A stretch of DNA of 63,489 bases, the filler included, from Hyphochytrium catenoides (Eukaryota; Protista; Hyphochytriomycota), in the NCBI GenBank assembly GCA_900088475.1. It is 12 parts of 12 records of this genome, joined end to end, with 100 filler letters (N's around TTAATTAATTAA, not from the genome) between each part and the next. Parts side by side here need not be neighbours in the genome. Positions count along the whole stretch, not along the records: positions 13,102 to 32,147 come from FLMG01002080.1; positions 32,248 to 37,508 come from FLMG01001679.1; positions 37,609 to 40,191 come from FLMG01002064.1; 9 more parts are not named here. One strand, written 5' to 3'. The notes below the pieces were generated by a model. It was not told where the DNA came from and did no database searches. It worked only from the letters and a program-made list of their open reading frames with translations. Shown piece after piece: positions 28,017 to 39,161 of the stretch. The stretch's first letter is position 1, and each line of letters begins with the position of its first letter. The position numbers and the translations under genes are program-made.

Positions 28017-28289
28017 CGGATATGGAGGGCTACTAGGAGAGCACAAGCAGTGCCAGGTTGATGAAAACAACAAGAGGGTGGCGCTTCCCCTACTATTCCT
28101 CGATCACAGAAGAAGCGCTTCATCTTGCTGGTGGAAGAGATGGGGTCGTTTTCTGACATGCTCGAAGGGCCATGACCCATTTCTCATTAGGTGTGAAAGA
28201 GCAAGCGAGCCTACGAGAGGCTTACGAAAGAAGAACATAGATAAAAAGGAGGAGAGTAGAGCTTAAAGTGAGCGCTAGAGGTGGTGGGA

Positions 28290-29040
28290 TCCCTCTTCGT
28301 CGATGGATGTAAGTCCATGAGGATGGCACTATTTCGGAACAGCAAAACGAACTTATCTCTTCGCAGACGACGAAAGCAGGACAGGAAGATCTTAAAGCGC
28401 TTCTTCATCCTGCCAATTGCCCATTCAACTCGTACTCTTTGTCCCGCATGGAGCCTGCTGAAGGCATATATTGCTTCTTCTGTGAGAGGATTGTGGCGTT
28501 CCCTACCATCCACGCGCCTAGAATGAACATTTTTCTTCTCCCATATAACCCGCTTTAAGGACAAGGAGAAGAAAGTAAAAGCTAGCAAGGAGAAGAAAGA
28601 AGAACAATTAATGCTTTATTAGAGCTTACGGTCTCCCAGAAGATACACCTTGTAGTTATCCTCCTCTCGCTCAGTGAAGAAAGCTCCCCAGTTGTGGTAG
28701 AGCTCGGACTCGCTACTTATGGTGATGTCGTGCTAGGAGTCGGGGTAGCCAGGGTCAACGTAGATGAAAAGTCCATCATGATCTACCACAATGGTACTAT
28801 TCATGCAGTACATACTCTTCCTCCCATCCTAATAACGACGATGCTGAACTTCTGATGAGGCCCAAAGATCTGACATATGGGTCTCGTCAATATGGCCAAT
28901 GCATCCTGCAGAGTCTGGGTATCGTGAGGCAAGATGCGTCCGACGCTCTGGATCAGGCCAGGAGAGCTCGTCGGCTACGAGTACGAGCTATCATTATGAT
29001 GCACTCACAGATCAAGGTTACCAGCCTGCCGAATTAGTGA
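28290..29040 (-). pseudogene. PIF/Harbinger DDE (DDE_Tnp_4) transposase pseudogene with one intron
   Basis: Conceptual translation: WPDPERR..GCIGHIDET..Y*DGRK..YCMN..VVDHDGLFIYVDPGYPDS*HD..YLLGD/PGY..RVRVEWAIGRMKKRF. It has two in-frame stops, a frameshift, and a GT-AG intron at 28553-28629. Confidence 0.85.
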
Positions 29041-31310
29041 TGACGAACGAATCGTGAATACGAGACTAACTGGAGTTTAGATATAGCGTGGAATGGGTGA
29101 TTCGAGTCTTTTCTAGAGGTTCACTTACTTTCGGTTAACGCTTTCGGAAACAAGGTGAGGGTTTTGAGTTGTAGGTGCTGCTGCCGCGCCTGAGGCTGCG
29201 GCCTTGAGAGCTTCCTCCTCCTCCTGGGTCCTTGGCCTCTTCGTCAGGAGCCAATGCCAGCGCTGCAGGCTTAGGAGGAGACTCATGATAGCCGGCCCAG
29301 GGGCACACTCAGCAGGCAGTGTTTGCTGGGACTCCATGGCCCCGCTCAGGGTAGACAGAGTGGCAAGGGCATGAGAAGGCGGTTCCTTACTCTGGCAGGG
29401 AGGGACATCACGTGCTGGGCTCAGTCCTTGAGAGGCTGAGTGGTGGGAAGGACATGGCTCAACCGACACTTCAAAGTTTTACCTCTCTGTATGGGAAGTA
29501 TGACGACAGACGGGAACATGGTGCTTCCTCACTCTTCCAGGTGTACACAGAGATGCTCCAGAGTTTGCCTCTCTGGGAAGCCCTCCAGGTAGTGGAGCTC
29601 CCTTCGCTTCAGTGCTACGGCATCCTTGCGGCGCGCAAGCTCAGCGGGTTGGAGACTGACTTGGAAGGGCGACGGGAAGGAGAGTCTGGCGCGGTAAGGA
29701 CTAGGATGAGCCCACGCCAAGCCGCAGAAACGTCCCGTAAGGAGGCACTGACAGGGCTACTGACAGGTGCCTGAGAAGCGAGTCATGGAGCTTGTGATCC
29801 CACTCAGCCTGTTCCAAAGCCTGACTTATGAAAGGTGAGAGGAGAGGATGCTCTGCTACCAGTATCAGCCGTCCTTGGCTCGTGAGCTGACCGTGACCCT
29901 CACAGGCTGCTCACTATCGTCCGTACAGCCAACAGTGATCAGTCTCTGCTGCCGCAGCTCCATACAAATGGGCCACTGAGAGCCAACAGGGCGGGAGTGC
30001 ACATCCGACTTGCTTTGTGTGGAGACAGCGCGGTCAGGTGATAGATGGATTGCGTTCATGCTCTCCTGACGTGCTCAAAAGCTGATCTGTGCTCTGCTCA
30101 GCTACTACCAAGCCCAGGAGCTATTCAATGACTAGAGCTGTGGGTCTTTCCCCTAGAGATCGGCCCACAGGCACCGCTCCAGTGCTCGTCGCACAGTGCG
30201 GGCCAACATACTCCAGAGGAAAGGTGATAGTGCTTTAGAAGCGCACTGAAAGCGCCGCCCTTAGGATGATCCAGACAGCTTCAGATGCTCAGTGCTGCCG
30301 TGGCGCTGGACCTTCCGCATGACAAGCCATAGCGCCCCACCTCTAGATGGCCACCTTGGGAGCAGGAGCGCAGTCAGAGATTGAGAAGTTCCTTACATTT
30401 CCCAACCTCCTGTCTGCCTTACGCCTGGCAGCGGGTGTTTCTACTTCTAAGTCACCTTCAGAGGGGGAAAGGCGAGTATTTATTTCTGATATCCGCCATT
30501 CCTCAGGCCAGTCCCTGCTTGCCGTGGTAACAGTGGCTATCTAGCTGCCTTTCTTGCCATGAGACTAGCAAACGGAGCTGGTCATGCTGTAAGCAGTAAC
30601 AGCGCCATAGACAATCTCTCATGTCCTTCAACCGAGCTGGTTCTCCTCTTTCCCATAATGTTTTTTGGGGTACCACGGCTCCTTTGGCAGCTCCACTGCC
30701 ATAAGCTCCTGCAGGCATTGGTACTGGCGTCTGCACTGATGGAGGAGTCAAGGATAGAGAGCGGGTATGAAGTGCACGATAGCCTTAGATAACTGGCTCT
30801 CAAGTATAGCGCTCTTTGCTCCTGCTGGCCAACCTTTGCACAGAAGAGACCCTCCTTTCTAGAACTCTCGCTCTCCTTCCGTATAATATATCCTTCTCCT
30901 ACCTTTCAATTATGCCGTGGGTTGGCCTGTGCTGCGGTTCCGCCTTGCTGCTTTCTAGGCCTCAAGCTCTTCTCTGTTCTGGCGTACATCTCCCAGTTGC
31001 CGCTTCTGCGTTTACATCCTGATGACTAGCTCTGTTGTCCTAATGAAAGTGGGCAAGCGCATTGATGGTTTAGGGTGGAGATTTCTGGGGATGATAGGTC
31101 ATGGGGTGGATAAGCGACGCCCATGCCCGACAAGAGGTCTACGGACTGTGCCGCTATTTCCTCTTCTATGAGAGCCCTGGGCGAGAGCAATCTTGCAGTT
31201 GACTCAATCTGAAGGTTTCCGTGGGAAGACGCAAGGCCAAGTTCATTTATTTTGCTACGATGAATATATGAACTCTGACTATGCCCTTGCTCCTACCATG
31301 ACTACCAGTT

Positions 31311-31433
31311 ATCTACTCTATCGCTATGTACAATGTACTCTATTGCTACGTACAAGGGGAGCTCTATATCTACACTATCGCTATGCACAAGAGGGAGCTC
31401 TATATCTACACTATCGCTATGTACAAGGTGGAG
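31311..31433. repeat. Short tandem repeat, ~3 copies of a ~39-bp unit (ATCTACACTATCGCTATGTACAAG core)
   Basis: The core recurs at ~31311, ~31358 and ~31404. Confidence 0.75.
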
Positions 31434-32293
31434 TGTCTTTGATCCCCGTTCCCTTCTCGGCCCGCTCAGGTCTTCTGCCCAGGCTTCGGTCTTGGACTTC
31501 CTGACTGCTGCCAAGGAGAGCCAAAGAAGAGAATGATCCTGCTTGTGGGTGGGCCTTTGAACGAGCTGGAGCGGATCCGGATGCCCCAAGAAACTCCACT
31601 GGATGTTGAGAAGGGCGGTCGGAGAAAGAACTAACGGATTCACCCCTTTCCAGTGACATTACGTAGGGATCCTCCTCCTTCCTTTATGCTCTCTCCTTTT
31701 TTCCTTCTCCCTACTGGACTTGACCAGCTATCCCCTCGCCGCAAAAGAGAAAGGGTTACCTCCTCTCCCCAAAAGATGGCTCTGATGCTTCCACGAGGAA
31801 GGCAGGGAAGGAGGCCGCTTCAACCAGCCGCCAATCCACCCCAGGCAGGCATGCTGAGAGAGTCCAGTCCCGCAGCCTCCTTTTTCAATGAGCTCTATGC
31901 CGTAAACCAGAAGACAGAAAGAGCAAGCGACGAATCCCCACAAACTTGCATAAAGACTAAAGGTCAAGACCAAGAAGTGAAAGGCTGCAAACCAACAACG
32001 ATCCGCCAGAAAAAAAGAATGAAGAACAATCCAAAAGGAAGAAACGACAAGAACCAACAATAGAAAACAACCAAAAAAAGAGAACAGACGGGGCAGACCG
32101 ACAGGGCGTCACACAGAAGCACATGAAGCAAAGTAGGAATCAACACANNNNNNNNNNNNNNNNNNNNNNNNNNNNNNNNNNNNNNNNNNNNTTAATTAAT
32201 TAANNNNNNNNNNNNNNNNNNNNNNNNNNNNNNNNNNNNNNNNNNNNCATACAGAAGCTTCAGGCATTGCCACCCATCTCTGTAAATTTCATC

Positions 32294-32317
32294 AACTCTC
32301 TCTGAAGCCAGAATACT

Positions 32318-32351
<34 letters not shown>

Positions 32352-32704
32352 CCTCCCTCCCTCTCTTTTTCTCTCTCTCTCCGCTCTCCCGCTCCCCTCC
32401 ATCGAACTCTCTCTGAAGCCAGAATACTACTCTCTCTCTCTCTCTCTCCCTCCCTCTCTTTCTTTTCTCTCTCTCCTCTCCCGCTCCCCTCTATGTAACT
32501 CTCTCTGAAGCCAGAATACTACTCTCTCTCTCTCTCTCCCTCCCTCCCTCTCTTTTTCTCTCTCTCTCCTCTCCCGCTCCCCTCTATCTAACTCTCTCTG
32601 AAGCCAGAATAGTACTCTCTCTCTCTCTCTCTCCCTCCCTCTCTTTCTCTCTCTCTCCTCTCCCGCTCCCCTCTATCTAACTCTCTCTGAAGCCAGAATA
32701 CTAC
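32294..32704. repeat. Compound minisatellite: 5 copies of AACTCTCTCTGAAGCCAGAATA separated by (CT)n/CCCT tracts, period ~90-110 bp
   Basis: Cores at ~32294, 32405, 32498, 32590 and 32679. Confidence 0.9.
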
Positions 32705-32925
32705 TGCGCTGCCGGATCCTGACAATCAAGAAGATACACGAAGATAGTGAGCGTCAACAGAAGGAGCTAAGTGACTATTTACGTCATAAACAAGCCATTG
32801 AAACCAAGCGCTTAGCAATAGAGCAGGAACGCGTACAAATGGAGAAGGATAAACTGGCCGTGCTTAATAAGCTCCTTACACAAGGAGTTTCTCTAGATTC
32901 CCTTCGAGGATTAGGGGTACTGTGA
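32680..32925 (+). pseudogene. 3' end of a probable Harbinger accessory ORF (coiled-coil tail)
   Basis: Open frame ..HEDSERQQKELSDYLRHKQAIETKRLAIEQERVQMEKDKLAVLNKLL..GVL*. It converges on the transposase, as in two-ORF Harbingers. The Myb/SANT part is not visible. Confidence 0.45.
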
Positions 32926-33075
32926 GTGAATCAGTGCATTACGATTAGATTACTAATCGAAGCTCCCTACATCACCAAATGATAGTAAAGTCATCATCCA
33001 TCGGCTTCATCAACCGACGGATCATAACGTAGGATATCAGGGTCAAGGTCATTAGAGGCCAGATCGATGAGTTCC

Positions 33076-34562
33076 TCAAGATAGATTTGCGATATTCCGT
33101 AAGAGATGCTTATCACCATCTCCATCGAACAGGGTAGGGGTGAAGTTGGGCTCCAGAACATTTCGTATATATAGATTCTTGTTTGCTACAGGATCGGCAG
33201 GCACTCTGAAGTACTCCTGTAGGCTCGGTGGCTTGCACTCGAAAAGTTTCGATATTTGGTTTCCCTCCCGGAGACAAGTCATAGCGTTGACTAAGAGAGC
33301 CCCAACGATATAATACTTGGCAACAGGCGACCGATATATTGCCAGGCTCCGGGAGAAGTCGAGAAACGGAAAATTGGTCACTATCAAACCAAAAGCCCAC
33401 CCCACCGTTATGCGCCTTCGTGACATTGCGCGGTTGACAATTTCTTGCTTCGGACCTTTAGGTGGCTTTCTACTTGCTGCTAGAATTCCCACATTATCGT
33501 AATACCCGGCGTCTCCAAAGACAAACATCATTTTACCTTCCTCATCACGCGCCCACTTCGCGTTGTTTACCCTGAGCATTCTCAGAAAGGGGCTGTTGTT
33601 GAGCATGCCTAAGTCATTCCGCTTCCCCTCTACCGGCCCATGTAGATGGGCAAAGAGCCCATTCGCCATTGTCACGGCTTGAAACTTAATGCAGTGATAT
33701 TTTTATGCCCTGAGTAACTGCTTTCCTGCCCATGTATAGGTCGGCACACCTTTCTGGTGGTTCCATCGATAAAGCCCCAAACGCCCTTGAAAGGGGGCTA
33801 GTTCGGTCCATGGCGGTTTTAGAAGCGAGCATCAAGGGGCGAAGGTGCTCAAAATTAGGGAGGAGAAGGTGCACGAACTGGCCAAATATAAACTCTACCA
33901 TATGACGATAAATGTCACCACCGATGGCAGTGGCGCTCTCTCCAAAGTCCTCCACCATTTCGACATCCAGCATGCATGGGAAGGAGAGCCTTTGAAGCAA
34001 CATCATCAATGCCTTGTCAGGGTAACCCAAATAAACCCCCCTCAGTCGTTATGATTTCCTTCGGTAAATTGAGAACGGTAAGAAGTTCCTTGAACTCCTT
34101 TTGTGTGAAGCGCAGTTTAGCCTCCCAGACAGCGTCAGGAAGAGTATAGAACGCCCTGTACGTCCGAGGGTTGGCGAAGACATCCCTCTGGCGCTTGAAC
34201 GTCCTGAAATATGCGTCGAGAAGCCTCTTAGCCAGGAGGTCCTGAAGCGAGAGGCGTCGATAGCAGTTTAAAGCATATAATCTGAGAGAATCCTGCCGCA
34301 CCTTTTGTGCGTGAAATGAAGAGACCTGAGCAAGTAGAAGATCTTCATCTTCTTCTCCTCTGTCGTCAGAGGAGAGGCAAGCCACAATGATTTGAAGCTT
34401 GCTGGTAAGGACCAGTGATCCATAAGTGAGCTGCCATAAGGACTGCCGGTACAGCTCCCCATAACGGCTTGCATGTTTCAAAGCGTTGGCTACAGCTGCT
34501 AGAGTTCTCTGGCGGAGCCGTCTTAGCTGTCTTTTCTTTCTGTTTATCAAAAGGCGCGGCAT
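33076..34562 (-). pseudogene. PIF/Harbinger DDE transposase, frameshifted
   Basis: Split across several frames: LRFTQKEF..LNLP, LQRLSFP, FIDGT..CRP..YSGHK, HCIKFQ..NGLFAHLHGPVEGKRND, FGDAGY, NRAMSRRRITVGWAFG (catalytic E appears as G), NAMTCLREGNQISKLFECKPPSLQEYF. Confidence 0.9.
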
Positions 34563-34956
34563 TTCTGCGTTGTTATTCCTAGTAACACTAATGAATCATT
34601 ACACCGTGACGCGGCAGGAGGAGTTAGTGTCTTCTCTCCTCCTCAAGCTCCTTTTCTTGTTGTGCTAATAGTAGAGGTCTCAAGCCCGAAACTTCGTTGC
34701 GCGAATCATCCTTACAGCTGCAGTAAGCACAGCAAGCAAGCGGAGATGGCGGAACAGCTTGAAGTTCGTCTCCAAGTTTGGCGCGAACGTCCAGTTGCAA
34801 GCTGGTGATGAGTTCTGAATCCAAGCGGCCATCATTACAAATTAGCATGGTTGGCCATTTATGATGCTGTGTTCATGAATCCCTTTATCATAAATGGGGT
34901 CCAACACCCAAATTCCTCAATTGTGAAAAGTTTGACCTGTCATGAATTCCCTCTAA

Positions 34957-35590
34957 TCAGTAGACCACATAACCTAAATAAGAGTGTCTTCAAATCCCAT
35001 ACGTTATAACATGCACTGGGAGGCTGTTAAGCGCATCTTTAGGAACCTAGGCTTGACTCTTGGTGGTACAAGTGCGCCATGCCTAAAGGCGTTTGCGGAT
35101 GCAGACTGGGCCAATGACCCGTCAGACCGGAAGTCCATCTCAGGATACTACTTCATTTTAGGGGAGGGAGGAGCTTTTGTTTGGAAATCGCTGAAACAGC
35201 AGCTCACTGCCTCATCCTCGACGGAGGCGGAATGTATCTCTCTTTTGGCGGCCACCAAGCACGTGGATCATATTCTGTGTCTTCTTGGGGAGCTAGGATG
35301 TCCTCCTCAGAAGGGACCGGTCGAGATTCTCCAGGTACCAAGAGCACGATTACGGTTTGCGAGATGGCTCGACCCAAGTCCAAGCACATCGATGTGAAGC
35401 ACTGTGTTGTCGGAGAAAAGGTAACATCCGGGAGTATCAAGCTGACATTTACGAAATCGTGTGATATGACGGCTGATGTTCTGACAAAGGGTCTTCCTTG
35501 GCGTCGTTTTCGTGAGTTTCGTATCGCATTGGCGTTCGTGGTGATTCTAAGAACTCCGGTACTCGCTAGATTGTTCGTACTGCGGGGGAG
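34957..35590 (+). mobile_element. Ty1/copia RT C-terminus and RNase H relic with PPT
   Basis: Motifs SRP, HWEAVKRIFR, FADADWA..DRKSISGY, WKSLKQ..ASSSTEAE, KSKHIDVK and MTADVLTKGL, with a frameshift. Purine tract GCGGGGGAG at 35582-35590. Confidence 0.9.
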
Positions 35591-35854
35591 TATTGGATGT
35601 AGGGTCCGGTAGTATGGACGGCAGTCCTTATACTGTCCAAATCTCAGATTCTAACTCTTTCTAGTTGCTGAGATATCGCCATTACAAGATAGCATAGTTA
35701 GCTGCTAGTATTATCTATGGCAATTAGACCATCTAAATGGGTGGCTGTGAGGCATCCGAGTCCTCGGATGCGGATAAGGCCGCAATCTTCTGGTCCGGCC
35801 ACCACTTCATTCTAATCTCACTTTCCAATTTCCCAAGTACCCCACAAGTCAACA
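35591..35854 (+). mobile_element. Candidate 3' LTR of the copia relic
   Basis: Starts immediately after the PPT (TATTGG, possibly a mutated TGTTGG). A matching TCAACA end lies at ~35854. There is no second copy in the window. Confidence 0.45.
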
Positions 35855-36008
35855 TCTAAGAGTCGGCACCCCGGAATACCTTCAGGACTGACTGTTCTAG
35901 ACAGGGATATCTCTATGACTGAATATTTTAGGGTTATTAGGAACATCCATTTTACACCATGTTAGATTTTATCATTGGATGGTGAGCACTTAAGTTAATA
36001 CTGGGGGG

Positions 36009-36230
36009 TGTCTGGATATACCGGAGAAAAGTTTTGTACGCTCCGGGAGTTGAACCCAGGACCTCTTTCTATGATGCCGACACCCTAACCAGTATGCACC
36101 ATACACCAAACGTACTCTTGACTAATCTCCGTTTTTGTTTATATACCAGGGGTTCTTCCCGTCTGCGTCGTCCGCTGTACGCTTTTTGGTTTCAGCGTCG
36201 ATCACAGTTCAACACAGTTGGCATAGTCGG
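36009..36230 (+). mobile_element. LTR-like unit (TG..CA) flanked by a G-tract and a tRNA-Ser-type PBS
   Basis: GGGGGG directly precedes TG at 36009. TATA-like TTATATA at ~36140. The unit ends TTCAACA(CA) at 36214-36216. TGGCATAGTCGG at 36219-36230 is complementary (1 mismatch) to the usual tRNA-Ser 3' end CCGACTACGCCA. Confidence 0.55.
36035..36115 (-). ncRNA. tRNA-like element (not a canonical tRNA) inside the LTR-like unit
   Basis: 7-bp acceptor stem GTACGTT/AGCGTAC, A-box-like TGGTGTATGG, and T arm CTGGG-TTCAACT-CCCGG (B box), with a downstream TTTT. The anticodon region is ~10 nt too long and contains a tRNA-Pro-like TTAGGGT. Confidence 0.7.
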
Positions 36231-36691
36231 AATAGCTCTAGATTGTGAGACCCGAACTGGGCTTATAAGTATAGCACTCTCATCGAATGATGTTGTCTAA
36301 TCATCCCATACAATTCGACACAATCTCCACACGTTTTAGCTAGCCCTGAAGCAATCAGACAACGTGGAATTATATGGAGCCCAAGAATCAAGTTATTTTT
36401 TTCTAGCGGGTGTACAGCATGCTGGGAGGAATGTTCAGCTTCGGCCCTTCACCTTAGGGACTTCGAGCTGCGGGGTAGTGTTGGAGTCTGGGGGCACAGC
36501 TATGCATGTGGACTACAAGCTGGCAAGCTTACTGCCCAAGTTCTTTAGCTCCAAACTCCCAGTAGAAGTCGAGACTGTTTAAGTATGGACTATCCGAGTC
36601 TTATTTTATAGGATAAGATGTACCAGATGAAGAACAAGACATTAGCCTATTCCTTGGCGAGCAGAAGAGAAAGCTTGATTTACTTCGAGAA

Positions 36692-37508
36692 ATGATGGAG
36701 AAGAAAGATTTCTACGACAACCTCTACAAAGCCGCAGTACTTATGGCCCTTCCACCATCATATATTGCTCAAGCCATCCAAGTGCGTGGAACAGGAAAAC
36801 TAGGTGCAAGTGCCATAGATGATATTCTTATCGGAGAACAACACCGAAGACGTGCTATGCGCATTACCAACAAGAGTGATGCAGAAGAAGAAGAAGGCTT
36901 TGCAGCATACACTCTACATCAACAAACGATAAAGGAACCTCATCATCAACGTCATTACGAGACCAAGAACAAGGCTCATCCAGGATCATCATCATCATCA
37001 AACATTAAAGTTCGCGACCAATGGCCGGAGTGCCCATTTTGCGGAAGTCGCAGCAGCCATCCTTCGGAGAAATGCTGGGAACTCGAGCAGAACGCTCATC
37101 ACAGACCGTCTTTCTGGAAATCACGCTCTAAAAGGAATCTGTCAAAAGCTTTGAAGAAAATTATTGATTCATCTTCATCAAAGAAGAAGACTTCTTATCG
37201 TGAAGCAGGCAAGGCAATACTGAGAAGAACTGAAGAACACAACCAGCTCATCACTAAGGAAACATCTCAACAACCAACTAAACTATCTCTTTCCGAAGAG
37301 GGAGCACGGACAGGAGTCAACCAACATCAAGGTCCCAAGGAACCAAAGGAAGGACAATTTATCATTACGCAGGCTTCGAATCAAGAAATTGACGCTGATA
37401 ACAATATTCTCCACTCTTTCTACCTAGCGCTGAAGCAATCAGACAATGTAGAATTCTCTGGAGATCTCGACGCGTTTATCAAAGAGGCTAAGGAAACAAC
37501 ATCTCGCC
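36692..37508 (+). mobile_element. LTR-retrotransposon gag-like ORF (copia-type), truncated by the contig end
   Basis: LMALPPSY gag motif and zinc knuckle CPFCGSRSSHPSEKCW, downstream of the PBS. Confidence 0.7.
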
Positions 37509-38482
37509 NNNNNNNNNNNNNNNNNNNNNNNNNNNNNNNNNNNNNNNNNNNNTTAATTAATTAANNNNNNNNNNNNNNNNNNNNNNNNNNNNNNNNNNNN
37601 NNNNNNNNTTATTGTTTGGCGATGCGTGAGAAAGTCCCGATCAAGATGGCGTAGCACGTACTTAGCACTCTTTCCTTATTATCCTCTCCCCTTTCTCCTA
37701 TCTTCTGCTCCTCTTTCTGCCTCGGTCATCCTTTGTCCTGTGTAGTACTGAAGGAGCTCCCCTGCCCAGCAGTAGTGCTAGGAAACCTGAGAAGAAGCAG
37801 GAGGAGGAGGAGATGAGAAAGGCAGAGAGAGCTGAGACGACGAGTGGCGTCCATAGCGCTCGCTGCACGTGCTGCAGTGACTGAGAGAGGCTGCCTTGGG
37901 CCTTCCTTATCCAACACAGAGAGGAGGAGGAGAGACAAGCGCTTCTTGCACCTTCGCCCTGGACATCAGGAAACCCTAAGATATATGTAACGCCCCACAA
38001 AGCCGCTAACGCCCATCACACACCCATAATACTGACCTCTACACGTACGTACGTCCGTACGGGGGGGGGCCACCCCATGATCGATAGAGAGATATAATTC
38101 TTTGATGGAGGGTCGATATACAGCCATAATATTAGTACAGGGATAAAACGGTACTGGGGGCCGCCGCGTAGTAAAGACAAAAGGAGGAAGGAAAACGAAG
38201 AAGAAGAGAGTAGATTGCGGCCCAGTAGTGGGCAGTGTATACTACCGAAGACGTCAACGAAGGGTCAGCTGTCTAAAGCTTGGGAGGAAAGGACCAACAA
38301 CCGGCCGGCCTGCTACCACAAGGTCGACGTAGGAAGAAGGAGTAGTGACGCTAATAACAACGGCGCCAGAGTCACCCCCAATATATATGAGAAGAGCTCC
38401 TCTTAAGCAAAGAAAGGCACTCAATACGGGAAGAGCCGCCTTAGAGCGAAGGACGTCACTCTGACTGAAGAAGGGAGCCATT

Positions 38483-38653
38483 GTGTAGCCTCCTGGCACG
38501 AGATGGTGACACTTTGACTCTACTGCGCTCTTCCCTAGTCCACTGACTATGGTTTGAAGTACTTCCTCATCGTGTAGCCTTCTGACACGAGATGGTGACA
38601 CTTTGACTCTACTGCGTCCTTCCCCTCTACTCTCTATCTGAAGTACTTCTTCA
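38483..38653. repeat. Tandem duplication, 2 x ~88 bp
   Basis: GTGTAGCC..CACGAGATGGTGACACTTTGACTCTACTGCG..TGAAGTACTTC.TCATC occurs twice. Confidence 0.85.
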
Positions 38654-39078
38654 TCTCCAAGCACCAAATACTCTAACAGTAACTAGCAACCTTGAAAAGG
38701 ACAATTTAACAACGATATAAGCCCACTTCCATAAGCCCGATAAGAAGATTGAGGAGAACGCGTCAGTAGTCAGGTGTTGCTGCAGTGCACTGAAGAAAAA
38801 AATGCTGTTGTCCTCTCCATGTTGTCAGAAAGAGCGACGCAATGGTCTCTAAGCAACAAGGAAGAGAAGCCAAAGCTATGAGTATTATTCTACAGCAACA
38901 TAGAATAATTGACTAGGCCGCCCCATGCAATAGATTGTTATGCCAGTAGCAGCAGGTCGCCAAAGCTGATTTGATGTGTCGAAGTGAGTGACTGCTGAGA
39001 AGGCACATTTACTGCTGCGTTGTTATATGTACATGACAGTGCGCTGCGTATATAACAATTACAACACAGAATTCTAAT

Positions 39079-39161
39079 GTCTCAGATCAGAACTAGGCTG
39101 ATGATGGGTACGAACGGTAGGCCTGACTGAGAGCTCCTGGGTTCGAATCCCAGCTGTGGCA
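39079..39161 (+). ncRNA. Second tRNA-like element
   Basis: Acceptor GTCTCAG/CTGTGGC (6 of 7 pairs), D-like hairpin ATCAG-AACTAGG-CTGAT, and a perfect T arm CTGGG-TTCGAAT-CCCAG. The anticodon region is elongated and non-canonical. Confidence 0.65.

Noticed and set aside
36035-36115. Functional tRNA-Pro(AGG) with an intron
   Set aside because: Removing an intron after position 37 does not give a proper anticodon stem, so it is kept only as a tRNA-like element.
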